Of a stretch of 64,000 bases of DNA, positions 31,497-42,021 are shown one piece after another. A model generated the notes under the pieces. That model was not told the DNA's origin. It was given only the letters and a program-made list of their open reading frames with translations, and searched no databases. Positions within the stretch are counted from its first letter, which is position 1. Every line of letters begins with the position of its first letter. The translations under genes were made by a program, and so were the position numbers. Source of the stretch: Picochlorum sp. SENEW3 (taxonomy: Eukaryota); assembly GCA_034226945.1 (NCBI GenBank), contig CP120455.1:1054001-1118000 (forward strand), read 5' to 3'.

Positions 31497-31938
31497 TCAC
31501 AAGTTCCTCTCTGCTAAGAATTTGATCAATGGCTTTGCCACAGCATCGACACTCTGCAAGACAGGATACCCCCTCATTGAGATGAGAACACATGGCAATA
31601 CAATAACCAGATACTAAAGGCTCTTCTGATGAACGAATAGCACACATACCTCATTCCATTGTCTCTTCAGATATCGTCGCATCGCGTATCCGAACAATCG
31701 ACCATCTTCCTCCTGCTGTGCCTCTCCCCATGGGTTGGTATTGTGAGCAACCAGCTCTGGGTACGAGTCCAACACGAGGGCGTTATTTCTCCACAGCGAT
31801 ACCTACGCAGATATATACACAATCCTTCATTTATTATTTGATATCTATCTAATCCACACGTACCCGTGTCGAAGAAATGAGACCGATTCCAACGCAACTT
31901 CCAAACAGAAATCCACCAATCTGAGCACGATACAGCAT
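31497..31938 (-). CDS. Small 94-aa single-TM protein, MICOS MIC13(QIL1)/Mic12-like (exons 31938-31864, 31802-31650, 31553-31497); not in ORF track
   Basis: Two phase-0 GT-AG introns (61 and 96 nt) give MLYRAQIGGFLFGSCVGIGLISSTR|VSLWRNNALV...RLFGYAMRRYLKRQWNE|SVDAVAKPLIKFLAERNL*, with an N-terminal GxxxG TM and a C-terminal WN motif. Confidence 0.75.
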
Positions 31939-31967
31939 CGCTTCTATTCTATAAAGACTATACTGTT

Positions 31968-32651
31968 TCAGTCTTGTCGAATAATTATTGGAACCATTTC
32001 CTGATGTGATCCTGAACGGGGTTTTCCTGGCTTTGAGCCAGCAAGGTCCATGCCACTGGGCGCAGACGATATCAACGATGCCAGAGGAATGTCCTCTAGT
32101 TCTTCCCTCATGCAGAGTCGCTCAGCGATGACTGCAGTCAGGGCAAAACTGGTCACAAGACACACCCAGAACGCTGCGCTATTTGGGAATGCTTTGCCGT
32201 ATGCCCAGCAGAGAGCACCGTGAATGCAATAGATTGTAAAGCTAAAGTCTGCGCATTTCTTTGAGCGTCTGACGGATTTCCACACGCATACGGACATGGC
32301 GAGTGATGTTATTCCATATGATGCAGCTGCCATGTATCCTTGGAATGTATCAAAGCGGACCAGGGTCCAGTCGAATGGTATTGTGAGCCAGTCGAGGGAT
32401 GGCATGGCAGAGAGCTTTGCTTGTTTCTGAGAGGCTGTTGTGGCTCCATCAGCAAGGTAGGGTACTGCGATACAATGATAGAAATGATGTCATATGTATA
32501 TGTTATGTTTTCCTATGTGATGGATGAATGCCGTACCGACGAGTGCTCCAAAAGCGAGGGTTAAAACGACCTGGAAAAGAATTTGCAAGATGACAATGCG
32601 TTGAAGAATTCTAGAGGGATTCTTCAAATCCTCTTCCTGGTATCGTATCAT
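31968..32651 (-). CDS. SYS1: SYS1-like Golgi integral membrane protein (exons 32651-32537, 32464-31968)
   Basis: Exon 1 MIRYQEEDLKNPSRILQRIVILQILFQ... is joined by a 72-nt intron to VRRSKKCADFSFTIY..H, FP...FW and ERLCMREELEDIPL. Confidence 0.88.
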
Positions 32652-32865
32652 AGTCCGTTATGTAATGTAATTAATGAGTCACCGATGATTACAGAGGATC
32701 GTCAAAGTACAAACTGTCGACCTTTTACTCAACGACCACGTCCATGTCGTTACTTGTCTCCTTTTGGTTATTATTGCAATCTGTACTCTCACACATACTA
32801 TTAACATGGGATATAAATATTATGAATACGATTGATCAATCGCACAGATGATTGTTATGTTTCAT

Positions 32866-34365
32866 TCAGCTGCAAGGTACTTTCCAAACACGGACAAGCC
32901 CATCTTCACCGCCAGTGGCAAACACCCCGTCTCCTACTGCAGACTTTAATGAAGGTTCCAAGCACGTGATAGTGGCCATGTGGGCCTCAAGTATCGAATG
33001 TTGAACCTTTCCTGTGGATGCATCGAAGATGTATACATCATGTCCGGCGACACCTGCGATACTATTGGGACCCACCCATGCCATGTGGCAGAGTCCAGAG
33101 GCACATGGCAGTCCAACCCTGGCAAGGCACACTGGGTCTTCTTGCAGATGATGGCGGACATCAATATTCCATAATCTCAAGGTGAGATCGTCAGAAGCTG
33201 TGGCGACGCGTGTGCCATCTGGGGATATGGCGACGCCGGTCACTCGCTTCTTATGCCCCGAGAGGCTGGTGAGTTTTTTTCCCTCTGGCAGGGCAAACAC
33301 TGGAACATCAGAGGAAAAGGTTGCAACGCAGACGATGGAACCGTCTGGGGACACGGCCACGTCATTGTTGAGGATACTATTCGTATCGATGTTTTTCAAT
33401 GATTGCAGAGATTCCTTGGCCACATCAAGTGCAGCGACGCGTGGCTTCTTGGATGCTGCAACCAGCCTGGTGCTCGACCCTGTCAGGAGGAGAGGATCGA
33501 AATCAATCTTTGGGGCAAAGATTTTCGGCGCCTTGTCCAATGTATCCATAGATGGATGTTTTGGGTCCAAACTAATACGTGCTGTATGGACTTCAACCGT
33601 CGTGTAAGGACCGTACGTGATGAATGCAACGAGCATGGCCTTGCCCTGCTCCTCCACCTCAAGGCACACAACGTCAAACACACCATCTCTGACAATGTGA
33701 TGCGCCACCAGGGACCAAGTCGGCGCTTTCTTCGCGGATGATACGCCACCACGTCCCTCCTTTGTTGTTGCTGCTGCAAATACCCGTATCTCTCGGTCTT
33801 TGCACGCCGTAACCATGTGTGATCCGCACAGAGACAATCCAGTCACCTCCTCTGTACGATGCTTGCTGTTGATTGTCTCCAGAAACAACTTGCTCTCGTG
33901 CTGTTTCATCCCAGATACCGCATCAGATTTCTTGATCTCCTTCTCCATTCGCTTCAACGCTTTCAGTGACATACCAGGCTGCTGCTGCTGCTCTGAAGGC
34001 GCCCCTGGTTCTTTGTTGTTGTCTTCCTGCTTCCTGCTCGTTGTGGTGGTTGACGAGTTTGTCTTCTTCTTCTTCTTTGTATTCTTCGCTTTGTTACTGG
34101 TATTCTTCTGAGTAGTTTTACTATGTGATTTTGTATTCAATGTTTCTAATGAATCTTGTTCTGCTATCGAAAACAGCTTCCCGACCTGTCTTCGAATGGG
34201 CAGGATGATCCCAAACAGGACAGTCTGCAACAAGAGCACACATACAGATACACCAAATATACCCAAGGACACTATTGTTATGGGTGATAATTCATTCGAA
34301 TAGGCTATGCCCATATTCTCTAGGAAACGCTGAACAGCTCCTCGAACGACCAAGGCCAACGTCAT
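32866..34365 (-). CDS. Membrane-anchored WD40 protein (TBL2-like)
   Basis: N-terminal TM, K-rich linker, AVSPDG...ATFSSDV, LSGHKKRVTGVAISPDG.RVATASDDLTLRLWNIDVRHHLQEDP and ATGGEDGLVRVW. Confidence 0.8.
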   Translation of the reverse strand: MTLALVVRGAVQRFLENMGIAYSNELSPITIVSLGIFGVSVCVLLLQTVLFGIILPIRRQVGKLFSIAEQDSLETLNTKSHSKTTQKNTSNKAKNTKKKKKTNSSTTTTSRKQEDNNKEPGAPSEQQQQPGMSLKALKRMEKEIKKSDAVSGMKQHESKLFLETINSKHRTEEVTGLSLCGSHMVTACKDREIRVFAAATTKEGRGGVSSAKKAPTWSLVAHHIVRDGVFDVVCLEVEEQGKAMLVAFITYGPYTTVEVHTARISLDPKHPSMDTLDKAPKIFAPKIDFDPLLLTGSSTRLVAASKKPRVAALDVAKESLQSLKNIDTNSILNNDVAVSPDGSIVCVATFSSDVPVFALPEGKKLTSLSGHKKRVTGVAISPDGTRVATASDDLTLRLWNIDVRHHLQEDPVCLARVGLPCASGLCHMAWVGPNSIAGVAGHDVYIFDASTGKVQHSILEAHMATITCLEPSLKSAVGDGVFATGGEDGLVRVWKVPCS

Positions 34366-34498
34366 GTCTGGTTCTCCCGAGATCACTTTTCTTCTTTCTT
34401 TCGTTGTTTGTTTGCTACAATCGTATGATAATAATCACAAAAACAGATATGAAGAAAAAAAATATGAAATGCATCATCAGTGTTACAAGGATTCATTT

Positions 34499-35194
34499 CT
34501 AGCATGAGTCGGTCTGTTGTCCTGACCGATTGGATGGCAAAGACAAGTCTGGCCTCCCCCAGTTTTCTTCATATGTCGAAGCGACCTCTGAATCCAGGTT
34601 CAATCCAGATTTCAATGCTTCCTTCCCACTCGATACGAATTTTCCACCTATTCGACGTCGTCCACTTGTGGTGAACTTTTGCATCCATCCCTGGTATCCA
34701 CCCTCAACTCCATACACCCTGGCATATCCCTTGCCCTGCAGGATGTCGGCGGTTGCTATGCCAATGTCTCCATCCTCACAGACAAGGAGCAGCCCTGTGT
34801 TTGTATTCGAGTATCGACGTTGGATGACAGCAGCATAATCCTCAATATCACCTCCCTGGTGGTATGGAATATTCACCGTCATACGGGGAGGCTTTGTGAT
34901 GTGCCCATAATCATATGCTTTCTCTGATCGCATATCCACAAACACGCATGTCTTACTATCGAGCATGGCCTTGGCATCCTCACATTGCAGAGTAAAATTC
35001 TGTCCTCCTTCTGCTATACTATCATCAGCTAGTGCTCTCGAAATATACAGTCCACCATTCCTGGGAAGCATTCCTGGGGTCAATGCTTTGCGAGAGATTG
35101 GTGCTGCATGTCTAGTCCGATCTCTGCACAAGTAATAACTATTATTGCTCCTCATTCCCAATGGACAGCGTGATCTGAGCCACTGGGTTGTCAT
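34499..35194 (-). CDS. Rhodanese-like domain protein, likely chloroplast
   Basis: FVDMRSEKAYDYGHI, LLLVCEDG and VEGGYQGW; transit-peptide-like start at ATG 35194. Confidence 0.82.
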   Translation of the reverse strand: MTTQWLRSRCPLGMRSNNSYYLCRDRTRHAAPISRKALTPGMLPRNGGLYISRALADDSIAEGGQNFTLQCEDAKAMLDSKTCVFVDMRSEKAYDYGHITKPPRMTVNIPYHQGGDIEDYAAVIQRRYSNTNTGLLLVCEDGDIGIATADILQGKGYARVYGVEGGYQGWMQKFTTSGRRRIGGKFVSSGKEALKSGLNLDSEVASTYEENWGRPDLSLPSNRSGQQTDSC

Positions 35195-35778
35195 CGTGCT
35201 ACTCTCTCTGAAGAGAGAAGAAGAGTCTTCTCCTTCCGCCTTGCTTTGAGGACAACACGAGGAAATACGTATCAACGTAATACTATAATAATCGCATACT
35301 GTTTTGATACAGCAGTTGTTGGCATCAATCAAAAGGGGCCTCGGGATATGCGAGGGAATTGGTGTTGTTGTAGCGTTTCTTTATTACCGGTCAAAACAAT
35401 TGTTTGGCCGAAGGCATATGCCTCTCATGCATGAGAATTGACACGTTCTTCATCATCTTTATGAGTGGGTCGTATATATATTTATTTTGTAGAATTATGT
35501 ATGTATTGCAACCGTAGTCTGCCTTGGGTGATTGGGTATCCACAATTGCATGGATTGTATGTCAGCAGATTGTGTCCGCTGGGGGTACCTTGTTGACAGG
35601 CGCCTTGTCTGAATTAACCGACCAGGCATGAACAAGGCCAATGCTCGGTCATTCTCCAGGATTGATAGGAGACAAGCAATTGCCATCAGGCGCGTCCTCT
35701 TCTCCATGACCATGGGTGTGGTTCAAGATACCGTTTTACCTCGTCATGCATGCATTACCATTAAAATCATGAAGTATC

Positions 35779-37377
35779 ATGGGTTCCATACGCACTCATG
35801 ATGAGGAATATGCCTCATCGAAAAAGCAATCCATGGCAGGGCACATGTTGTCCACGACCCATGTGTCCATGCCTGGTACTCTTGAATTTGAACCATTGCT
35901 GCTAACCTCTCCTCAAGGATCTTTGCTTGATAGACATCCTAGTCGTGCATCGCTTCAATTAGAACAGGATGGAGGGGAGACTGTTGGGAGTATTCTGCAC
36001 GAGGCAAAGAAATTGGTCAGTCTGTCCTCGGGACTCGTTGTCACAGCCTTGTCGAGTTTTCTGGTACCAATGGTCCAGTTATCATATGTTGGGCATATAG
36101 GAAAATATGAATTATCAGTGGCGGTTCTGGCTGCATCGTTGTCCAATGCCACGGGATTTTCGCTCGTATCAGGTGCTTTGGGTGCTTTGGAGACATTGGT
36201 ATCGAATGCCCATGGGGCTGGTGCGCATGCTCAGAAGGGTATCATACTCCAGAGATCTCTGATTCTTACGATTCTTCTGTGTACCGCAGTCGTTCTGCTT
36301 GTGTGGACACAGATGGAACGGTTGATGGTCACCTTTGGACAGGATGCTGGTCTGTCCAAAGATGCAAGTTGGTTTCTCATGCTCAATGCTCCGAGTTTGT
36401 TCTTTATGGCATCGTCTGAGACGCTAAAGAGATATTTTGTTTGTCAATCGCTCGTTATACCTCCAACTGTGGCGGCATTATGCTCTGTTGTTGTGACAGT
36501 GGGATTCAACCATGTGTTTCTGAGGCTGATGGGATTGGGGCTCAAAGGAGCTGCCCTTGCGGCCAACTTGTCTCAACTGAGTCCTTTGGTGATTCTTATT
36601 GTCTGGTTGAGTATGAGAGAGAAACGATTGCATCGCATGGATTCCATGGAAGCAACATGGTTTGGATTTTCCATGGAAGCATTGTATGGATGGAAAGAGT
36701 ATATTTTGTTGGCCATTCCCAGCGCTGCCATGGTGGCGTTGGAATGGAGTATTTTTGAAATTTGTTTATTCATGAGCGGATGGTTAGAGGACCCAGAGTT
36801 ACACGTGGCTATAATGGGGTTGTCGTTGAATGTGTCAGGAACACTATATATGTTGCCGTCGGGCATTGCTTTTGCAGGCGCGACTCGAGTTGGAAATGCT
36901 ATCGGAGCAAAACTAGCACACCATGCTCGGCGATCAGCCTGGACCTGTGTTGGTCTGACAACGATCTGTCAACTATTGATTGGCAGTCTTGTGGTACTGG
37001 GACGAGATCATGTCGCATCAATTTTTACAAATGATTATCAAGTCTTGCAAGGCACGGCTCAAGTGATGCCACTCGTGTGTTGGTGCATGTTTGGAGATGG
37101 GTTGAATGCGAGCGTGGGAGGTGCGTTCCGAGGGTTGGGGAAACAAAAACTCGGGGCCATATTTAATTTAGTAGCATACTGGATATTAGGACTGCCGCTG
37201 GCGTATAGTTTAGCATTCAAGGCAGATTTGGGTCTTGTTGGTCTGTGGATTGGGTTGAGCACCTGTGCCATGTTGAACGGTCTGGTTATGGTCTCTGCCT
37301 TGAAGTTCAAAATAGACTGGAAAGAATGTGTTGAGAGCGCGACATCACGACTCGCGAATGACCCGACTGTTGATTAG
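35779..37377 (+). CDS. MATE/DTX efflux transporter
   Basis: VGHIGKYEL, GALETLVSNAHGA, LAIPSAAMVALEW, TRVGNAIGA and RGLGKQKLGA..NLVAYWILGLP motifs. Confidence 0.94.
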   Translation: MGSIRTHDEEYASSKKQSMAGHMLSTTHVSMPGTLEFEPLLLTSPQGSLLDRHPSRASLQLEQDGGETVGSILHEAKKLVSLSSGLVVTALSSFLVPMVQLSYVGHIGKYELSVAVLAASLSNATGFSLVSGALGALETLVSNAHGAGAHAQKGIILQRSLILTILLCTAVVLLVWTQMERLMVTFGQDAGLSKDASWFLMLNAPSLFFMASSETLKRYFVCQSLVIPPTVAALCSVVVTVGFNHVFLRLMGLGLKGAALAANLSQLSPLVILIVWLSMREKRLHRMDSMEATWFGFSMEALYGWKEYILLAIPSAAMVALEWSIFEICLFMSGWLEDPELHVAIMGLSLNVSGTLYMLPSGIAFAGATRVGNAIGAKLAHHARRSAWTCVGLTTICQLLIGSLVVLGRDHVASIFTNDYQVLQGTAQVMPLVCWCMFGDGLNASVGGAFRGLGKQKLGAIFNLVAYWILGLPLAYSLAFKADLGLVGLWIGLSTCAMLNGLVMVSALKFKIDWKECVESATSRLANDPTVD

Positions 37378-37386
37378 ATGATGATT

Positions 37387-38289
37387 CTATTGTTTCATTG
37401 TAAAATGATGATATGTTTCCTCCCACGAGCGATGATGACGATGATGCAATGATTGCTCCTTGTATTCCACGCGCCCATTTCTATGTACAACGACAACTGT
37501 GATACTTCGAGTCCCCCATACCCTTCCATCCATCAATTGTATCGGGTGTACAAAAATATTGGTAGAGTCTTGAATTGACTGTCTACCATCATCTCTCATG
37601 CATGAAAAAACGCAATCCCAAGGAAATTCCCCATCTCCATCAAACACACCCGCCTCTACCATTTCCTTAAACTTTTCTTTCGCTCGTGTGGCTTTTGGCC
37701 ACGTTCCATCAATGTCCAGGTTGCTCAGCACATGAATGCCTTTGGAGATGGGAACAGGGCTTTCGCGTCTGTTGTTCGTGGTATAATACATTTCCAGTTT
37801 CTCCGATGCAAAATCTGCTGTAATAAGATGAAATGGTGCGTACCTATCTTTCTGCAATCCCTCTGATAAAAATTCATTCAACTGCCCAGCATGGTGCAAA
37901 CAACTCAGCACTGGAAGTTCTCCTCGACTTGGCTGCCCTACAGTTTTGAAGGAATCGCTCCTCAAACCTGGCCTACCGTTTGTCAAAAAAGAAACCCTGT
38001 TTGTCACCCGGCTGCAACAAAGCCACGTCCCTCCAGCAACGCAGTCTCTCCCACCCAACAATATCTTGTCTGTATCTCCGAAAGCCTGTCGAAAGGCGTC
38101 AAGGTCCTCCCACCAGTGCGCTGGTTTTGTTTCTCTGCAACCATCAATAAAATAGTTGTAGTAATAGAAGGTTGATGGGGTGGTATAAAGAAGAATGGGT
38201 CCCCACCTGGTGAAATCTTCGTCGCGATTGAATGCCAACACCAAGGAAAATTTACTACAGGTATCGAATGCAAATACTGCCAGACACAT
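37387..38289 (-). CDS. TANGO2: TANGO2/NRDE family protein (probable 72-nt in-frame intron 38206-38135)
   Basis: N-terminal MC, NRDE, GGRD..AGGTWL, FLTN, SRGEL, IHVLSN and GTRS motifs. Confidence 0.92.
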   Translation of the reverse strand: MCLAVFAFDTCSKFSLVLAFNRDEDFTRWGPILLYTTPSTFYYYNYFIDGCRETKPAHWWEDLDAFRQAFGDTDKILLGGRDCVAGGTWLCCSRVTNRVSFLTNGRPGLRSDSFKTVGQPSRGELPVLSCLHHAGQLNEFLSEGLQKDRYAPFHLITADFASEKLEMYYTTNNRRESPVPISKGIHVLSNLDIDGTWPKATRAKEKFKEMVEAGVFDGDGEFPWDCVFSCMRDDGRQSIQDSTNIFVHPIQLMDGRVWGTRSITVVVVHRNGRVEYKEQSLHHRHHRSWEETYHHFTMKQ

Positions 38290-38343
38290 GTTTCATATTC
38301 ATCTTGATCACAATTATGTATAAATAAAATATCGCAATGGGGG

Positions 38344-40026
38344 TCAGTGGACCCATTCTCCAAAGTCGTCGTCTTCTGCCTGCGTGTCCTTGGAGGCAGA
38401 ATCATCCGTCTTCTTCTTTGCAGGCCTGCCTTCCCCTGGTCCATTCCAATTGATGCTCTGGGACATGATCCAGTCACGGAGTTGATCTGAGATTTCAGCG
38501 TCCTCTGGTCTGGTAGGATCACTGCTAAACTTGCTCAGGAGCTGTCGCATGCTATTTTGATACGACCCTGGCCACTCATGGGCAGTACTGCTGTGCCTGT
38601 TCTGCAATGACAGCGCGGACGAAGACACTGTCTGCAACGTATTAGAGGAACTTTTGCCTCGAGACGCTATGGAGGAGGAAGAGAACGGAGACTCGAATAC
38701 TTGTGGTGCTGTACCTGCATTGGAAATGTGTAGATTTTCCATGAGTTGTTGTGCATCAGATGCAATGTCATGTGGAGATTTCCTGGTGTCAGAAGAGGCC
38801 TGCGTGTCATCATCCGTCCATTCAGGTACCCAACTTGCAGAGGATGTACTGTGCTTGATATCGATGAGATCCTTGTCCGTATCATTCTCGAAACTGAGCA
38901 AATCCTTTCCACCTGCTTGGCTGACATGGTGGTCTGTCTGATCCTCATCATCAGCATTCTGTAATGACTCTTCTTTCACATGATCTCCAATCCTCCGAAC
39001 CGCTTGATCAACAGTCTCTGCTAAAGGATTATTCAGTGATCGTAGCAACTCGATTTGAGCATCAGACCATGGTGTTCCAAGTGCTGTGGTGAGCAAGTCC
39101 TGAAGGGTGCTTTCAGGCAAGCTGGGTATGGTTTTTCGAAGCAAATCTACAATCTCCTCCATATCTTCTAGTTTTAATATATCATCCTCCCATCGAGAAA
39201 GTATATGAAATGCTACTTTCATCATGGGTAAATCATACGAGTCTGTAATCATCACATCCATGACACGAGCTGAAAATTTAATTGGGAATTCTGAAGCAAA
39301 GCACGTCAGCAACCATCCAGACGCATATAATACAGGGAGCACCATTCTTTCTTCCATATAATCTCGTAGCTTGGATGGAATAAGCTGATTCAGCTGCCAC
39401 AGGCGAGCTTGAAGATGCTGCATCCCATTAGGTTTGTAAAAATCTCGCAAGCCTCTCTCTTGCATGACCAATACAAAGGCTGTAAACGCTTCTGGGGGAC
39501 TCAAATACGTCAGAAATATTCCAGCTACAAAATTCATGCCCTGACTGTAGCCTACTTCGGGGTCGAGAGCGGCGTATGCATGCAACACATTATACATGGC
39601 TCGTTGTCCAGCAGGAGAACTTAATGTCACATGGCCAGGAAAAGTTCTATGCATGTCTTTCTCAATTTCAGATGCAACGGAAGCATCTATAGAATCATTG
39701 ATGTGCAATTTATAGAATTCCGTCATTTCCTCTGCCCTTCCTTGGCTGCTATGAAGCTTTGAAAGCCACAATTCTGTCCTCATGTTTGCAGGAACATCAT
39801 TGAACACCCGCCGTCCACACTGAAGATCAATCAGACCACCACCAGATCGTTCTAATGCTTTCTGTTTCTGTGATACACTCCGCCGTATAGCTCCGTGGTG
39901 TTCATGCTCTGAAGAGGAGGTCTGACGAGTGTTGGAGGCATACCCCATGTCAGCCTCTGTGAAGCCATCAGACTCATCCTCGCCATCAGGACCATAGACG
40001 AGCCAATTGATAAAACCTCCGAGCAT
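38344..40026 (-). CDS. TBC-domain Rab GTPase-activating protein (EVI5-like)
   Basis: IEKDMHRTFP (Arg finger), VGYSQGMNF (Gln finger) and LYASGWLLTCF. Confidence 0.92.
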   Translation of the reverse strand: MLGGFINWLVYGPDGEDESDGFTEADMGYASNTRQTSSSEHEHHGAIRRSVSQKQKALERSGGGLIDLQCGRRVFNDVPANMRTELWLSKLHSSQGRAEEMTEFYKLHINDSIDASVASEIEKDMHRTFPGHVTLSSPAGQRAMYNVLHAYAALDPEVGYSQGMNFVAGIFLTYLSPPEAFTAFVLVMQERGLRDFYKPNGMQHLQARLWQLNQLIPSKLRDYMEERMVLPVLYASGWLLTCFASEFPIKFSARVMDVMITDSYDLPMMKVAFHILSRWEDDILKLEDMEEIVDLLRKTIPSLPESTLQDLLTTALGTPWSDAQIELLRSLNNPLAETVDQAVRRIGDHVKEESLQNADDEDQTDHHVSQAGGKDLLSFENDTDKDLIDIKHSTSSASWVPEWTDDDTQASSDTRKSPHDIASDAQQLMENLHISNAGTAPQVFESPFSSSSIASRGKSSSNTLQTVSSSALSLQNRHSSTAHEWPGSYQNSMRQLLSKFSSDPTRPEDAEISDQLRDWIMSQSINWNGPGEGRPAKKKTDDSASKDTQAEDDDFGEWVH

Positions 40027-40758
40027 CACTGGAGGGAGGATACGAGTGGAGAACGCAAGGGTGGCTCAGGCAACCAAATGAAATGTAGCAAAATGTCAAA
40101 TGGAGTTCCTGTTCAAAGAAGCGTGTTTGGATAATAACGCCAATGCCTTGGACATGGAATGCTGTGTTCTGATATTAATCATCAAGCTGTATTCTTTTCT
40201 CTCGTCGAATCATCGAAAGCAGGTAAAAGAAGCATACGCAAACAAGAGCAATGTATTCTCTGCTCGACGTCGACACTGAAATTCTCAACCCCGTCGTATA
40301 TAGCAATGATGGGGCATAAATGGGATCGAATTCCAACGTTTTTTGCTTCTGTTCTGCCCTTTCGTGACTCATCTCTATTCGATAATCGATACTGGAAATT
40401 CAGAGTAATGCCTTGGCCCATCGACGGGTGCGCTGGATGGTGAGTACAAAAAGGGGGAAGAGCGGAGCCACCCACATTCAAGCTGATGGTTGATCATGGA
40501 CAATTTGAAGACGGATGCTTCATATGCTTGATTTCAGATTATTTCAAGGTATATTTGTCTGAGAAAATCGCATCGAGAGGCGATAATATCTGGGCATCGC
40601 TGCACCTGATAGTGGTCAAGACATTCCTCCCTTGTAGATCTCTTTTGTCCCTTGGTGTGTCTGAGGGCTCTCCAGTGATGATGGTATGTGATCTAGGATG
40701 TGTCCATGCATCGAAAATATTATCAAATTCTTTGCATTGATTGTTGGCTGACCCAAAC

Positions 40759-42021
40759 ATGCTGCAGATACGGTCGCTTCTTCTTGCAGTGCTGCTGGTA
40801 TCCTGCCTCTTGGCAGTACGAGCAGCAGACTTTAGGTCGGGCTTGCAGCTTCAGAAAAAGCTTCGACTGAACCCGAAACCATCTTCTCCATGGATTTTGT
40901 TCAATGATGGGACTGGTAATATCAATAATGGGGTCAGAAAGTATCTGAGAATCAAGCATAAGAAGACAACCTCCATCATGTTTGAGTACGAGTTCAAGTT
41001 CTCGGGTACATTCGAGTGGGGCAAGAAGGGTGGACTTTTACCTGGAGTGATTGGAGGGAGATCTAGATGTGCGAAAAAAGAGTCTGGATCGCGATGCTGG
41101 AGAGTACAGCTTTCCTGGAAACCAGATGGGAGTGCAGGACTTGAGGCCAGGCTGCCATTTGAGAATATCAGGGATGTCGAGAGGAGTGTATCACCAGCAA
41201 TCAAGTGGAAAACAAACGGATATAACAAAGTGACAATGTTCTTACAGATGAATGACAAGAGGGACAATAATGGCAGACTAGAGATTATAGTGAATGGCAA
41301 GTCCTTCTTGTCAAAGGATGACGTGACGTTTGACAAAAAGAAGACAAAGAGCAAGCATATTCTTTTGAATGGGGAATACAACGATGATTCTATTCCTACA
41401 CCAGAAGAGGAGGTTTTCAGGTATATTTTGACCAGGCGGATGAGAGTGTACAAGGCAGAACCAATATCGCTTCCATCACCACCACCACCACCGCCACCGT
41501 TGCCACCGCCACCGCCACCGTCGCCATCGCCATTACCCAGTCTTCCAGAGCCCATCGTCGAAGAAGACCAAGATTTCCCAATAGTACCCAGCCCCTCTCC
41601 TCCACCACAGTACACAGGAGGCACATTGAAGGTGACCCTCAAATGGACCACTGGCAGAATGGAAACCGACATACCACCAAACTCTGGGAGAACTTTCGAC
41701 CCAGACGCAAAGATATTGCACCTTTGTTCTAGAGACACGCTCTACTTCCTATGGTCAGGAGAGAACATGGGCCTCTATGGATTCTATACAGAAGAGCATT
41801 ATGACGGATGCATCAAAGACGACTTGAATTATATCAAAAACACAAGAACAAATGGAGATTTCCTCACAAAGCCAAATAGAGGAGGGTGGAGGTATTATGC
41901 TTACATCACAGGAGCAGATGATGGTGCCTGCAAGTATGGCTGTGGAACCCCTCAAGATGAAGGCAAGGAAGTCAGAGGAACATGCGCCCAAAAGATTGCT
42001 GTGCGCTGGAACAAGTGTTAA
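40759..42021 (+). CDS. Secreted modular protein: polysaccharide lyase family 14-like domain + Pro-rich linker + phytocyanin/cupredoxin-like domain
   Basis: Signal peptide; FEYEFKF...FEWGKKGGLLPGVIGG...CWRVQLSWKPDG, NNGRLEIIVNG; SPPPPP linker; DTLYFLW...HYDGC...GWRYY...C..GC...KIAV. Confidence 0.65.
   Translation: MLQIRSLLLAVLLVSCLLAVRAADFRSGLQLQKKLRLNPKPSSPWILFNDGTGNINNGVRKYLRIKHKKTTSIMFEYEFKFSGTFEWGKKGGLLPGVIGGRSRCAKKESGSRCWRVQLSWKPDGSAGLEARLPFENIRDVERSVSPAIKWKTNGYNKVTMFLQMNDKRDNNGRLEIIVNGKSFLSKDDVTFDKKKTKSKHILLNGEYNDDSIPTPEEEVFRYILTRRMRVYKAEPISLPSPPPPPPPLPPPPPPSPSPLPSLPEPIVEEDQDFPIVPSPSPPPQYTGGTLKVTLKWTTGRMETDIPPNSGRTFDPDAKILHLCSRDTLYFLWSGENMGLYGFYTEEHYDGCIKDDLNYIKNTRTNGDFLTKPNRGGWRYYAYITGADDGACKYGCGTPQDEGKEVRGTCAQKIAVRWNKC

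Noticed and set aside
40030..40740. Short ORFs in the TBC/PL14 divergent gap
   Set aside because: No recognisable motif or consistent exon chain; probably promoter and 5' UTR.
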